A stretch of DNA of 64,000 nucleotides from a virus (taxonomy: Duplodnaviria > Caudoviricetes), in IMG/VR virus record IMGVR_UViG_3300044840_000026, positions 5,113 through 69,112 of that record; one strand, written 5' to 3'. The notes beneath the pieces were generated by a model. The model was given only the letters and a program-made list of their open reading frames with translations, was not told where the DNA came from and made no database searches. The position numbers and the translations under genes are program-made. Below, one piece after another: positions 1 to 9,023 of this stretch (positions are counted from its first letter, which is position 1; each line of letters opens with the position of its first letter).

Positions 1-943
1 TACGACACCCCACTACCAAGACATCACGCCTGGTGGGTTCGGGTGCGGGTTCACTGCTCATGCCAGTTTCGATCGCGTCAAAGACCTCATCCTCACTGTT
101 ATATTCGTTGGCTTCCTGGTAGTCGCTGTGCGCCTGCACTGCGGGTGCAGCTATTTCGATCAGCTCAGCGTCGATAACGTGATCGTCGTAACCAGCGGAA
201 ATGGCTAGTGGGGGAGTGCCCCCAGCAGTGACGGCAGCAATCAACGAGCCGCCAGCGCCTGATGAGATGGCAACGATTTCTTGTATGTTCATACCTACGT
301 CAAGGACGGGCACGATGAACTTGAAGGTCTTTCCGCCCTTGACCTCAGTGCGCTTGTCGAGAAACACCGACGCCGGCAGGTTGACGTTATTGGCGGCAGC
401 AGCGGCCAACAGTTGGACATCGCCGCCGAGCTCAACGGCAGCGTTGAACCCGCCTGACTTGATCAGCCAAGTCCCGATCCCGTCGATGTAGGGGAGCATG
501 ACATTGGCTCTGGTTGTCGGTTTGCAGGCCCTGCCGTCTTTTGCCAGTTCGACGCGCTGCGCGATATCCGCTGGACATTTACAGGGGCCGTTGCTCTTTT
601 GCTCCAGCTCGCCGTCACAACGTCTCTGGCAGCCGCCACCTGAGTACATTTCCATCCATTGGGAGATGGCCGCCTCGCCGGGGGGAATGATCACATCGAG
701 GCGATTGACCTTGGACATGACCTCGAATGTCTCGAGCTTGTTCTCGAGAGTGACGAGTCGGTAGTCAACCCCGAAATACTCGGCCGCGCTTTGAGCAGTC
801 TTTTCTGACCGTGAAGTGAGGCGCCAGTATTCAAGTTTGACTGGCATGGTCTTGCCGTTCTTGGCCGTCCCGGTGGTGCCGAAACGAAGTTCGCCTAACT
901 TGCGGCCCATCTTCTGTTGGGCGATGAGTTCGTTGATAGGCAT
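1..943 (-). CDS. Recombination-module protein of the 'recombination directionality factor-like' family; runs off the left edge
   Basis: Not in the ORF track. ATG at 943 overlaps the exonuclease stop; reads MPINELIAQQKMGRKLGELRFGTTGTAKNGKTMPVKLEYWRLTS...CQRRCDGE...CKPTTRANVMLP, the pattern of the actinophage family usually found next to exonuclease genes. Confidence 0.7.
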   Translation of the reverse strand, partial: MPINELIAQQKMGRKLGELRFGTTGTAKNGKTMPVKLEYWRLTSRSEKTAQSAAEYFGVDYRLVTLENKLETFEVMSKVNRLDVIIPPGEAAISQWMEMYSGGGCQRRCDGELEQKSNGPCKCPADIAQRVELAKDGRACKPTTRANVMLPYIDGIGTWLIKSGGFNAAVELGGDVQLLAAAAANNVNLPASVFLDKRTEVKGGKTFKFIVPVLDVGMNIQEIVAISSGAGGSLIAAVTAGGTPPLAISAGYDDHVIDAELIEIAAPAVQAHSDYQEANEYNSEDEVFDAIETGMSSEPAPEPTRRDVLVVGCR

Positions 944-2334
944 CAGTTCACCCCCGCACTGCTAAGCGCAGCTTCAAGCCCTGGGGCAGATGCGGGAGCA
1001 GTGTCATCCGCACTGGTAGGTGCAGTGACCAGTGAGAGCCCATAGACCGACATTGCGTTGGTGATTGGCTCGACCGCCTTAGGCCCAATGCCGCCGAGAC
1101 CTTGCAGTTCCTCGATGGTGAAATGGACCAAATCATCAATACGACGGAGGTTGGCTTTCTTGAGAGGGGAGCGGTACCGGCTGAATCCGGCAGTGTCGAT
1201 GTCCTCAATGAGAGGCAATGGCTGGGAACCATCGGGTAGGGGAGGGTAGATAACTTCCCCGAACTGCTTTGGCTGCTCGGCAGTCGTTTCAAGCATCTGT
1301 ACCTTGGCGCAGAACCGCTCAAATTGCTCGATGCTGGAATCAACCAGAATCAGCTTGTAGCCAGCGTCATAAGTGCGGCGGAGATGCAACACTGCGGCGC
1401 CGTCAACGGCGGGCATGGGGGCCGTGTTGCCCAAGAAGTCGAGCCAAACTTCGGTCGAGTATCGGTAGGCAGCCAGCTGCATTCTGATTTGATCCTTGAG
1501 CCACTTACCAGCCTTGAGATCAATCAACAGCGTGTAATAGGTAACCCCGTCGATCTTGAGCCCATCAGGGAACCAGACGATCAAGTCGAGCGTGCCGGCG
1601 GTCCCGAGTTCTGGGTTGGCTACCGTTGCCTCGGCCATCTTGACGACAGCGTTTGGGTAGTCGGTGAAGAATTGCAGCAACCCGTCTGAGATGTCGTCGT
1701 GGGTGTGTTCGTCAATGATTTCGCCGTCGACTTCGATACCCAGAATGTGATCGGGCACGTCTGGGATTTCTTCATCTAGCACCAAAGCTTCAAGAATGTG
1801 GTGCTGATGTGAGCCGATGTCGGCCTTGATTTCGGACAAGCCGATGGCGCCCTGAGTGATGAATTCAGTGACCTTTTTGTCAGCCTGCTTTTTGATGAGA
1901 GCGGAGAGCTTCTTTGCCTCGCCGTACTTGATGATTACCTTGTCGCCGGCGTCGTTAAATTCGCCGTCCCACTCAGCGCTATATTCCTCGGTCGCGGTGG
2001 CGGTTTCCTTCTCGCGGAGTTCGATGAACTCGGCCATGTGGTCAATGGCGAACGTTGACGCGAGTTTGAAATACCAGTTCTTGAGGAATCCAGTGTCGCC
2101 GGTTCGCTCAAGAGCGTTGGTGGTGGACATGAGCACCAATTGATCTGACGGCCTCACATAAGTACGGCCCTTGTCGTCATCGTTTCTCCCAAAGACACCC
2201 GTGATGATGTTGGGAGCTTTGGGAATGAGGGTTTTAGGACGGTCCTCGGTGGGTACTGACCATTCACTGAGATTCAAACGCTCAGGAGGAGTGGATTCGC
2301 CCCCCGGTTCCATCCCGGATGCTGGATAGGTCAT
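943..2334 (-). CDS. PD-(D/E)xK (Cas4/YqaJ-like) phage exonuclease with C-terminal RNAP alpha-CTD-like HhH domain
   Basis: Nuclease motifs TAGTLDLIV, LIDLKAGK, QLAAYR; C-terminal RSPLKKANLRRIDDLVHFTIEELQGLGGIGPKAVEPITNAMSVYGLSL. Confidence 0.8.
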   Translation of the reverse strand: MTYPASGMEPGGESTPPERLNLSEWSVPTEDRPKTLIPKAPNIITGVFGRNDDDKGRTYVRPSDQLVLMSTTNALERTGDTGFLKNWYFKLASTFAIDHMAEFIELREKETATATEEYSAEWDGEFNDAGDKVIIKYGEAKKLSALIKKQADKKVTEFITQGAIGLSEIKADIGSHQHHILEALVLDEEIPDVPDHILGIEVDGEIIDEHTHDDISDGLLQFFTDYPNAVVKMAEATVANPELGTAGTLDLIVWFPDGLKIDGVTYYTLLIDLKAGKWLKDQIRMQLAAYRYSTEVWLDFLGNTAPMPAVDGAAVLHLRRTYDAGYKLILVDSSIEQFERFCAKVQMLETTAEQPKQFGEVIYPPLPDGSQPLPLIEDIDTAGFSRYRSPLKKANLRRIDDLVHFTIEELQGLGGIGPKAVEPITNAMSVYGLSLVTAPTSADDTAPASAPGLEAALSSAGVN

Positions 2335-2446
2335 CTACTACGATCCATTTCTTCGGACGCTTACCTCGTCCGTTCGGTGGAGTTGCTGGCGGTCCTTTTA
2401 CGGATGAGGGGACTTGCCAGCGCTTCCCGACTGATGGCCACAGATT

Positions 2447-2461
2447 ATCAGGATTCTTGAA
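2447..2461 (-). promoter_or_regulatory. TTCAAG-type box, copy 1 (TTCAAGAATCCTGAT), in the repressor/exonuclease divergent region
   Basis: Matches five other promoter-located copies; immediately followed on the minus strand by TAATCT; extra TCAAG half-site at 2466-2470. Confidence 0.6.
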
Positions 2462-2528
2462 TAAATCAAGGATTATGGTTTTATTTCTTTTGTTTCCTGG
2501 GATTTGGCTTTCTATTCATGTTGGTTGA

Positions 2529-2558
2529 TTGCCATTAGTAGGTCTTTCGACCTATAAT
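2529..2558 (+). promoter_or_regulatory. Sigma70-type promoter of repressor 1 (leaderless mRNA likely)
   Basis: TTGCCA-N18-TATAAT, then GATCGCC and GTG at 2566. Confidence 0.65.
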
Positions 2559-2565
2559 GATCGCC

Positions 2566-2988
2566 GTGCCCCGTCATACGCTCAGAGCTGACTCTGATCC
2601 GACTTCGGATGACATCTGCCAAGCAATTCGTGAACTCGCCATCGAGGCAGGTTTCGTGCATGACGGGGGAGCCAAAGACGGTCGCATTAACACTCGAGGG
2701 TTGGCGGCGAGACTCGAGCAAAACGACTCGACGGTCTTCATGTGGTGCAATCAAAACCCGCCTCGTCTTACTGATTTCCCGTGGATTGAGCGGGCACTTG
2801 GTTACCCGAATGGGGAAATCCTCAGGCGTGCCGGCTTCGTAGCCAACCAAGATCTCATCTCATTCATCGAGAACTACAAAGAACTCTCAGACGAATGGCG
2901 TGAAGTGCTCGGCGATTACGCTCGAGCGGCAATCGCAAGATCAACCGGCAACGATGAAGCTTTGCGCAAAACGTCACTCGCTAGCTGA
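2566..2988 (+). CDS. XRE-like HTH immunity repressor candidate (paralogue 1)
   Basis: HTH-like GLAARLEQNDSTVFMWCNQNPPRLTDFPWIERALG; divergent from the recombination operon; start moved from 2557 to 2566 because ATG 2557 overlaps the -10. Confidence 0.7.
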   Translation: MPRHTLRADSDPTSDDICQAIRELAIEAGFVHDGGAKDGRINTRGLAARLEQNDSTVFMWCNQNPPRLTDFPWIERALGYPNGEILRRAGFVANQDLISFIENYKELSDEWREVLGDYARAAIARSTGNDEALRKTSLAS

Positions 2989-3095
2989 GCGCTAGCCCGT
3001 AGTCGCGAGATCTCGGCTTCAAGCTGATCCACACGTGCCCTTAGGCCAACGACTTCGTTATCCCCTAATGGCAACGCGATGATCTTGGCTTCCAT
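2916..3095 (-). CDS. Small coiled-coil hypothetical protein (59 aa)
   Basis: MEAKIIALPLGDNEVVGLRARVDQLEAEISRLRASAQ...; G-rich RBS; overlaps the repressor 3' end. Confidence 0.35.
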   Translation of the reverse strand: MEAKIIALPLGDNEVVGLRARVDQLEAEISRLRASAQLASDVLRKASSLPVDLAIAARA

Positions 3096-3889
3096 TCATC
3101 CCCCCGGATCGAAACGGTTTGCTGGCGCCTTGTGATCAGTGTGCCACGCTTCGCGAGTCCACGTATCTAGGTCGGTATGCCCAAAAATGTGGCATTCGGG
3201 TGGCGCTGTGACCTACAGTCTGCGATGCTCACAAGACGAGCAAAATCGAGGGTCCGAACATCCCGACAAACGACGCGCGAAGCTGTCGGCCTCGGGTGTC
3301 GATACCCGCAAGATCTGAGAAGGAGAGGCCACTAGCAAAAGAGGCCTAGACGCGAAGGTGCCCCGACCGAAATCGGGGCGACCAGTTCGACGTACATGAC
3401 GAAGCTCAACACTCGTCATCGTAGGTCCCTCTGGGACTCGGTGCAAGTCTTTGCGATCGAGTTTCTTAGCTGCGCGCCCAAATCCAGGTAATTCACCTGA
3501 TGACAACTTTTGAACGTCGGTATCCGATGGGATTAGGGCCTAGGACGCAAGCGCCAGGTGGGGTTGGGAAGACCCCGGTAGAACGCATCGAAAGATGACG
3601 ATGAAGCCGCCCGTAAGTGGATGCACTCAAAAGACAATCAATTTGGAGCTGACTGCTTCGTCGCGCAAGCGTGAGTCCTTTAGCTCAGCTTTGCAAGAAC
3701 TGTGTGTAGTTAGCTCAGAGTTGGGTGGGTTGGTATGCCTCACCGACGTGAGTGACAAACCGACTTGACGACAAACGACCTAACGCCCCTTCGCTCCGCT
3801 ACGGGTTGTTCTCGGAAGAAAGCAGGAACTCAAGGCGATGACGAGAAAAACAACAAACACCGACGCTCGAAAGCAGCTATGTTGCGCAG

Positions 3890-4102
3890 ATGGAATTGCT
3901 TACGGGCTATGAAGAACTGATTCAAATCTTGGATGGTCTCCCAACGCTGGTAAGAGAAACACGGCGCCGAAAACGCTTAGGTGTAAATGATGCAGCCAAA
4001 GACGCAGGGGTGCCGGCAAGTGTTCTTTCACGAGTTGAGAATGGCAAAGCGCAACCAGCTCTCCCCACCGTGATTGCATTATTAAAATGGGCCAGCAAAT
4101 GA
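3890..4102 (+). CDS. Cro/XRE-like HTH protein
   Basis: RKRLGVNDAAKDAGVPASVLSRVENGKAQPALPTV is a canonical XRE HTH. Confidence 0.85.
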   Translation: MELLTGYEELIQILDGLPTLVRETRRRKRLGVNDAAKDAGVPASVLSRVENGKAQPALPTVIALLKWASK

Positions 4103-4488
4103 CCAAGAAGGAAACACCAGCAGATCTCGTGGCTCGCCGTGAAGAGATAAAAGCGCGATGGCTTGAAGTCGGAGACGAGATGGTTGAATATCGCGCCGAC
4201 ATTGCTCGGTACGTTGGCGAACGCAAACGACGAGGCGGGCTCACCAAAGAAGAGTCAGAAGACCAAGCTGATGCCCGACTTGCTCTGAAGGAAGCTGGAG
4301 CCGAACATCAGAGACTTGCCCAGCAAATGGGTGCGATTACTCGTGAGCTCGGGGGAGAGTTTGTCGTGAAGGCGTTGTATGAGGTGGCCGGCGAGAAAAT
4401 GGCTGTCCGTGTCTTGCAAAGATCCAAAGAACTTTCTGCTGAACGTAGGCAATTAGTCGAGGCCGCTCGAGGTCACCACGATGAATAA
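4099..4488 (+). CDS. Hypothetical protein
   Basis: ATGA overlap with the Cro-like gene; helical, charged sequence. Confidence 0.65.
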   Translation: MTKKETPADLVARREEIKARWLEVGDEMVEYRADIARYVGERKRRGGLTKEESEDQADARLALKEAGAEHQRLAQQMGAITRELGGEFVVKALYEVAGEKMAVRVLQRSKELSAERRQLVEAARGHHDE

Positions 4489-4900
4489 AACTCGCAACCT
4501 TCATAAGCATCGTTCCTGCTTTCATCAGCCAAAGTCAGGTTTGGAGAAGTTCTGCATCGCTTTGGCTGATGGCGCCGGTAAGGCTGCCCGCCAGCTCGCC
4601 AGATGGGTGAATAAGGGGTTTGGCAGTTTGTTTCGACCTCAACAAAGACGTATGGATCAGTACGCCTTCGACCGTTATGCAGGCATCCATAAGAAATGGC
4701 ACCCAAAGACACCTCCGCCAGACTGGGCAGGTCTGCAGCCGTATTCAAAGATCATCGATCAGCGGGTGACGGAGCTTGCTAGTGGGACAGGGGTTCCAAT
4801 ACAACTACTGTCATTTGATGGCAAACCCCAGGTCAAGAGCTTAAAAGTCTCAGAGATAACACAAAAGGCAGTTTCAAACAGGGGGAACAGGAATGTCTGA
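4481..4900 (+). CDS. Hypothetical protein
   Basis: Overlapping start/stop chain in a + strand operon. Confidence 0.6.
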   Translation: MNKTRNLHKHRSCFHQPKSGLEKFCIALADGAGKAARQLARWVNKGFGSLFRPQQRRMDQYAFDRYAGIHKKWHPKTPPPDWAGLQPYSKIIDQRVTELASGTGVPIQLLSFDGKPQVKSLKVSEITQKAVSNRGNRNV

Positions 4901-5495
4901 ACTAGAGGAACCAAAGTTCAAGGCTGGCGACCGGGTACGGGTGAGGGCTAACGCCCCTGCTGGATTGAGCTATTTCGGTGGGCGCCAAGGGACACTTGTC
5001 CCGAATGAAGGGCCATCCAGGACGTGGGTAATTCAGCTTGATGAAACTCCGTCCGCTAATGCTGTAGACATCGAGGCCTTTGACCTGAACATCGAGCTAA
5101 TCGAATCGAGTCAAGAACCTCAGCCCTACGTGGTGAAGGACATCGATCTCGACACCTTCCGTCATGAACTCGTGAAAGAGCTTGACGATAACTGGGTCGT
5201 CGTCCGCGACAAGCCTCCTGCACTTTCACTTAAGACGCTGCGCACATTGTTGTCAGAACATATTGAGTCAGATGACGTCGATGTTGTTATGGATCTGTTC
5301 GCTCAATGGTGGGACGCACCTCACGACGCTTTGACCGCTGCCGTAGAAGGTCAAATCAGAGCCGCATGGTGTGACGGTGAGCGAGTAACGCGTACCGGGA
5401 CAGCACAGTTCGGGGGGCGTGATGAATACAGCAAGGGCGCGACCGAACTGATCATGTCGCAGTGTCGACGTGCCCAGCTTGGTGAGGAAGTATGA
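4893..5495 (+). CDS. Hypothetical protein with N-terminal SH3-like FKAGDRVRV motif
   Basis: FKAGDRVRVR beta-barrel motif common in small phage proteins; operon coupling. Confidence 0.6.
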   Translation: MSELEEPKFKAGDRVRVRANAPAGLSYFGGRQGTLVPNEGPSRTWVIQLDETPSANAVDIEAFDLNIELIESSQEPQPYVVKDIDLDTFRHELVKELDDNWVVVRDKPPALSLKTLRTLLSEHIESDDVDVVMDLFAQWWDAPHDALTAAVEGQIRAAWCDGERVTRTGTAQFGGRDEYSKGATELIMSQCRRAQLGEEV

Positions 5496-5677
5496 ACCAA
5501 CTACGACCCCATGAACGACTGGCGTTGACGCTGGCAAAGAACTTCACGCGTCGCTGTAAATCCGTTGAATTCGCGGTGGCGACCGTCCTAATTGAAACAG
5601 TCGAGCGACTTGCGAGTGACGAACCGGATGGCTCAGAGGTCGCAGCGAGAGCTATCCAAAGTGACTTGCCCGAATGA
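5492..5677 (+). CDS. Hypothetical protein
   Basis: ATGA overlap with the previous gene. Confidence 0.5.
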   Translation: MNQLRPHERLALTLAKNFTRRCKSVEFAVATVLIETVERLASDEPDGSEVAARAIQSDLPE

Positions 5678-5908
5678 TTTGTCGAACTCGCTGTGCTCCA
5701 GTGAGCGTTTGTCTTTCCTGAGCTGATCACTGAGCCCATCCCAATAGGCTTGGGCGTGGTCGGCTGATTCAAAAGTGTGATTGGTCAGCTCGACAACCTC
5801 GTCGACGGTGCTTTCCTGCAGCGTGATGGTGCGGGCCGTCTCACGACCGAGCTGAGATAGTCGGCGTAGTTCCATGCGGTGCTGATGCCTGGCGTCTTCG
5901 GTGTTCAT
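5633..5908 (-). CDS. Hypothetical protein
   Basis: Preceded by the conserved AACAGAGAGG start-associated motif (5917-5926). Confidence 0.6.
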   Translation of the reverse strand: MNTEDARHQHRMELRRLSQLGRETARTITLQESTVDEVVELTNHTFESADHAQAYWDGLSDQLRKDKRSLEHSEFDKSFGQVTLDSSRCDL

Positions 5909-5970
5909 TTCAGAGTCCTCTCTGTTTGGGGGATAGTCGGGTTGTTGCTCCGACAGGGTTGTATCGGCAG

Positions 5971-6219
5971 TTATCGAGTGAGCTTTAGGACTTGGCGATC
6001 AAAGTCGTCCCAGTCGTAACCAATATGGTCTACGAGTTCATGGGCATCGAAGTACATGAAGTTGTGATGCCCCCATGCGCTGACGTAATCCACTCGGACG
6101 CGACCGTTCTTGATGAGTTCAATGCCGGCCACGGTGCGATCGAATCCAGCCCACCGGATCTTGTCGTTGCGGTGGAGATCTTTGGCCTCGACCTGAGCGG
6201 CTTCGGTTGACGTTTTCAT
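5971..6219 (-). CDS. Hypothetical protein
   Basis: GGAGAGG RBS; promoter at 6241-6279. Confidence 0.65.
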   Translation of the reverse strand: MKTSTEAAQVEAKDLHRNDKIRWAGFDRTVAGIELIKNGRVRVDYVSAWGHHNFMYFDAHELVDHIGYDWDDFDRQVLKLTR

Positions 6220-6240
6220 GATGGGTTCCTCTCCGTGTTC

Positions 6241-6279
6241 TGTACCCCCAACGGTACACCAAATACAGGATGGGCGTCA
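6241..6279 (-). promoter_or_regulatory. Promoter TTGACG-N18-TACCGT with variant operator TGTACC-N5-GGTACA
   Basis: Palindrome at 6241-6257 with a 5-nt rather than 6-nt spacer. Confidence 0.5.
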
Positions 6280-6399
6280 AGGGACAAGACGGTTTACAAT
6301 GGGGGAGTGCCACTAAGTTTCGATGTCGAGCCGCCCAAGCCTTTGTCGTTCTTCGGTTGGTTGTGGGCAGCCATTAAGGCGATAGCCAAAGCCCTGTGA

Positions 6400-6428
6400 T
6401 TGCGTAGGCGTACCGCTGAGGGTACGGT
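6400..6428 (+). promoter_or_regulatory. GTACC-box promoter/operator copy 1
   Basis: TTGCGT-N17-TACGGT with CGTACC-GCTGAG-GGTACG at 6409-6426. Confidence 0.85.
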
Positions 6429-6456
6429 GTTCTCATGACACATAGCGTGGTGACCA

Positions 6457-7230
6457 ATGGGTAAGAAAAACGCTCTCAACATCGGCGGAGATTGTTGGCT
6501 ACCCAAAGAACTGGTAACAGAGACCGTCGCCATGCTTGCCAAACGCGGCATGGGCAAATCCAACGCCGCCGTTGTGCTCGCCGAGGAGTTCTCCGCATCG
6601 AACTTTCAATGGGTCGCTATTGATCCCAAGGGTGACTGGTGGGGCATCCGTTCTGGTGTTGACGGTAAAGGTCCAGGGCTAATCAGTGCCTATTTTCGGC
6701 GGGCGTCATGGAGACATTCCGCTTGAGCCAACTGCTGGCCACCTCATGGCATCGTTGATTGCCGAACGCGGGCTGACGTGTTTGTTGGATGTTTCGCTGT
6801 TCTCAAAAGGTGACCAGATTCGTTTTGTCACCGACTTCGCTGAGAGCCTTTTCAGGATGATGGCTGACAACCCGCACGCCTGTCATGTCTTCTTGGAAGA
6901 GGCAGAGGAGTTCCTACCCCAGCGCGTCGACGCTCGTTCAGCTCGAATGGTTGGGGCATACAGCAAGATTGCAAAACAAGGCCGTACCCACGGGTTGGGA
7001 ATGACGTTGATTACACAACGCTCGGCATCGTTGAATAAGGACGCCCTCTCGCAAACTGACACTTTGGTGTTGTTCCGCACGGTCAGTCCTCATGATCGTA
7101 AAGCCGTCGTCGCGTGGACCGAACATCATGATGAATCCGCCCAGGTGGCCTGTCCAAGCTGCGGACTCTCGGGCTTATCGAGAAATCAGGACAGCTCATG
7201 TCCTCGGAATTCATGGAAAGTATTGGGTAG
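6457..7230 (+). pseudogene. HerA/DUF87-like P-loop ATPase remnant (frameshift plus internal deletion)
   Basis: Walker A AKRGMGKS and IDPKGDWW; an extra A at 6681-6682 breaks GPGL(S)VPIFGG; Walker B-like VFLEEAEEF and LITQRSA; after ~7143 another frame reads GGLSKLRTLGLIEKSGQLMSSEFMESIG*, which I recognise as the family's extreme C-terminus. Confidence 0.75.
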
Positions 7231-7233
7231 CTC

Positions 7234-7262
7234 TTGCACGTCAGTACCGTTAGGGGTACAGT
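7234..7262 (+). promoter_or_regulatory. GTACC-box promoter/operator copy 2
   Basis: TTGCAC-N17-TACAGT with GTACC-GTTAGG-GGTAC at 7244-7259. Confidence 0.85.
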
Positions 7263-7268
7263 GACCAC

Positions 7269-7517
7269 ATGAGCACAATCGAATCCTCGGCCACCTTCAC
7301 AGACCTTACTTACGGTTACAGCCTTCTGAATGGCGTTGTGGTTGACGTGGACGAAGAGCCAGTCGAGATCCTCAACCACTGTAACTGCGACGTGGACTTC
7401 CTCTGCTCAAACCCGGAGTGCATCGACAGGCAGATGAAGATGGAGTCGTACTACGGGCGCCGCAACATTGCGCCTGAGTGGACTGAGTATTTCGAGAAGT
7501 GGAAGGCGAACAAATGA
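7269..7517 (+). CDS. Hypothetical protein with Cys cluster
   Basis: ATG 6 nt after the -10 of promoter copy 2 (leaderless); HCNC...C...C. Confidence 0.65.
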   Translation: MSTIESSATFTDLTYGYSLLNGVVVDVDEEPVEILNHCNCDVDFLCSNPECIDRQMKMESYYGRRNIAPEWTEYFEKWKANK

Positions 7518-7747
7518 GCACGCCACTAGACGACGCAACGGACGCAGTGATGGAGACATTTCATCACTGCTTTGACAGCAAAGAGCGATGTCGGGAAGTG
7601 TTGGGCGTTGCGTTCGGTGCAGCGCGTGAACATGCGCCAGCGCGCATCGGAACAGCGATTGCATTCTCTGACTTCCAAGGCAATATTCCATTTACCTTGT
7701 TAGGCAGCATGGCCGATGCCGCTCTCGGAGAGGCAGTAACACCATGA
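7514..7747 (+). CDS. Hypothetical protein
   Basis: ATGA overlap. Confidence 0.55.
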   Translation: MSTPLDDATDAVMETFHHCFDSKERCREVLGVAFGAAREHAPARIGTAIAFSDFQGNIPFTLLGSMADAALGEAVTP

Positions 7748-7887
7748 ATCGTTCTGTAGCCCTATGGCTGTGTCTCGGGCTCTCGTTCCTGTCATCCGTC
7801 GTAGTCCATGACCGCTGGAGTGCTGCGTCATTCATCACGGGCGCGTTAGTTCTGCAAGGGACCAGACCGGAGAAGCCGAAACCATGA
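7744..7887 (+). CDS. Small membrane protein (47 aa)
   Basis: MNRSVALWLCLGLSFLSSVVVHDRWSAASFITGALVLQG...; ATGA overlaps at both ends. Confidence 0.55.
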   Translation: MNRSVALWLCLGLSFLSSVVVHDRWSAASFITGALVLQGTRPEKPKP

Positions 7888-8096
7888 GCGAACTAGATGA
7901 CTTGTTTGATGAGGCTCCATCGTCGGATGCTCGCGAGCTGTATGCGGTGCCCGACGCTCGGGCACCACTACCCACCATGCGTCCGGTAGCGAATGAGGAT
8001 GACCCCATTCTGTGTGGTGACGCGGCCAAAGAAGCCGTAGCCAAAGCTCGCTCTGCTCTTATGGGCGAGCGCACGAACCATCAGAGGTCAGCATGA
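7884..8096 (+). CDS. Hypothetical protein
   Basis: ATGA coupling. Confidence 0.55.
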   Translation: MSELDDLFDEAPSSDARELYAVPDARAPLPTMRPVANEDDPILCGDAAKEAVAKARSALMGERTNHQRSA

Positions 8097-8269
8097 AGTT
8101 CGTCTATTTCGTCGCGTACCAAACGCCCGACTCATTTGGAAGCGTGGAAATTTCGACACCGGCTGCGTTGACCACCCTCGACCAAATACGGGCAATCGAG
8201 AGCGATCTGAACGAGACGCACGGCGGGTCCGTGTCCGTGCGGAACTGGCAACTACTCCGCGAGATCTGA
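8093..8269 (+). CDS. Hypothetical protein (58 aa)
   Basis: MKFVYFVAYQTPDSFGSVEIS...VRNWQLLREI; ATGA coupling. Confidence 0.55.
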   Translation: MKFVYFVAYQTPDSFGSVEISTPAALTTLDQIRAIESDLNETHGGSVSVRNWQLLREI

Positions 8270-8280
8270 ATCCCGGATCT

Positions 8281-8316
8281 TTCAAGAGTCTTGAAGCTAT
8301 GCTCAGACCATGAGCT
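8281..8316 (+). promoter_or_regulatory. Composite promoter: TTCAAG box + TATGCT -10 + TGCTCA-type box
   Basis: TTCAAGAGTCTTGAA (8281-8295), TATGCT (8299-8304), TGCTCA-GACCA-TGAGCT (8300-8316); same module as at 26352. Confidence 0.7.
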
Positions 8317-9023
8317 CAGAGCACATCACTCGCCTTGTCCCTGAAACCCAAAGCTACGAAGGGCGCAGCTTTGGTCGCCACATCGAGCACGACCCTCGCT
8401 CGTTTGCATTCGCTCACGGGGTGCTGCCACGGCCAGTCATTAAGTCCCAGCAGTGGACCCGCCGTATTCCGATCCTGAATCAGGGTAACGTCGGTTCTTG
8501 TACGGCGAACGCCTCGACGGGGTGGGTGGGCACCGATAACGCCTGGCGCCAAGGACTCACCGCTGTTGAAAACATCGCACTGGATGAGGCGTGGGCACTC
8601 AGGTTCTACGAAATCGAAACTCGCCTCGATGGAATCCCTGGTGAATACCCACCTGATGACACCGGGAGTTCGGGCCTGGCTGCGGGTAAGACGCTGCACA
8701 AGCTCGGCTTGGTCTCGAAGTACCTTCATGCATTCTCGTTGAGCTCCCTCGAGGCGGCACTGCAGAATGGGCCGGTACTCTTGGGCTTGCCATGGCACTC
8801 CGACATGATGGACGCCGACGCTGATGGCAATGTCCAAATCACGGGCGACATCGTTGGTGGTCACGAACTCTGTGCCGATGGGCTGGACGTTGAAGGTAAG
8901 CGCGTCAAGATCAGCAATTCATGGGGCGCCGAGTGGGGCAACCAGGGAACCTTCTGGCTGACCTTCGACCAACTCGAGGAATTGCTCGACGATAGCGGCG
9001 ACGTGACAATCCCCATCGTCTGA
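8310..9023 (+). CDS. Papain-like C1 cysteine peptidase
   Basis: NQGNVGSCTANA (Gln/Cys), IVGGHEL (His), SNSWGAEWG (Asn). Confidence 0.9.
   Translation: MSSEHITRLVPETQSYEGRSFGRHIEHDPRSFAFAHGVLPRPVIKSQQWTRRIPILNQGNVGSCTANASTGWVGTDNAWRQGLTAVENIALDEAWALRFYEIETRLDGIPGEYPPDDTGSSGLAAGKTLHKLGLVSKYLHAFSLSSLEAALQNGPVLLGLPWHSDMMDADADGNVQITGDIVGGHELCADGLDVEGKRVKISNSWGAEWGNQGTFWLTFDQLEELLDDSGDVTIPIV

Noticed and set aside
943-2334. Cas4 as evidence of a CRISPR-Cas system
   Set aside because: PD-(D/E)xK exonucleases beside recombination genes are routine in actinophages; no array or other cas genes
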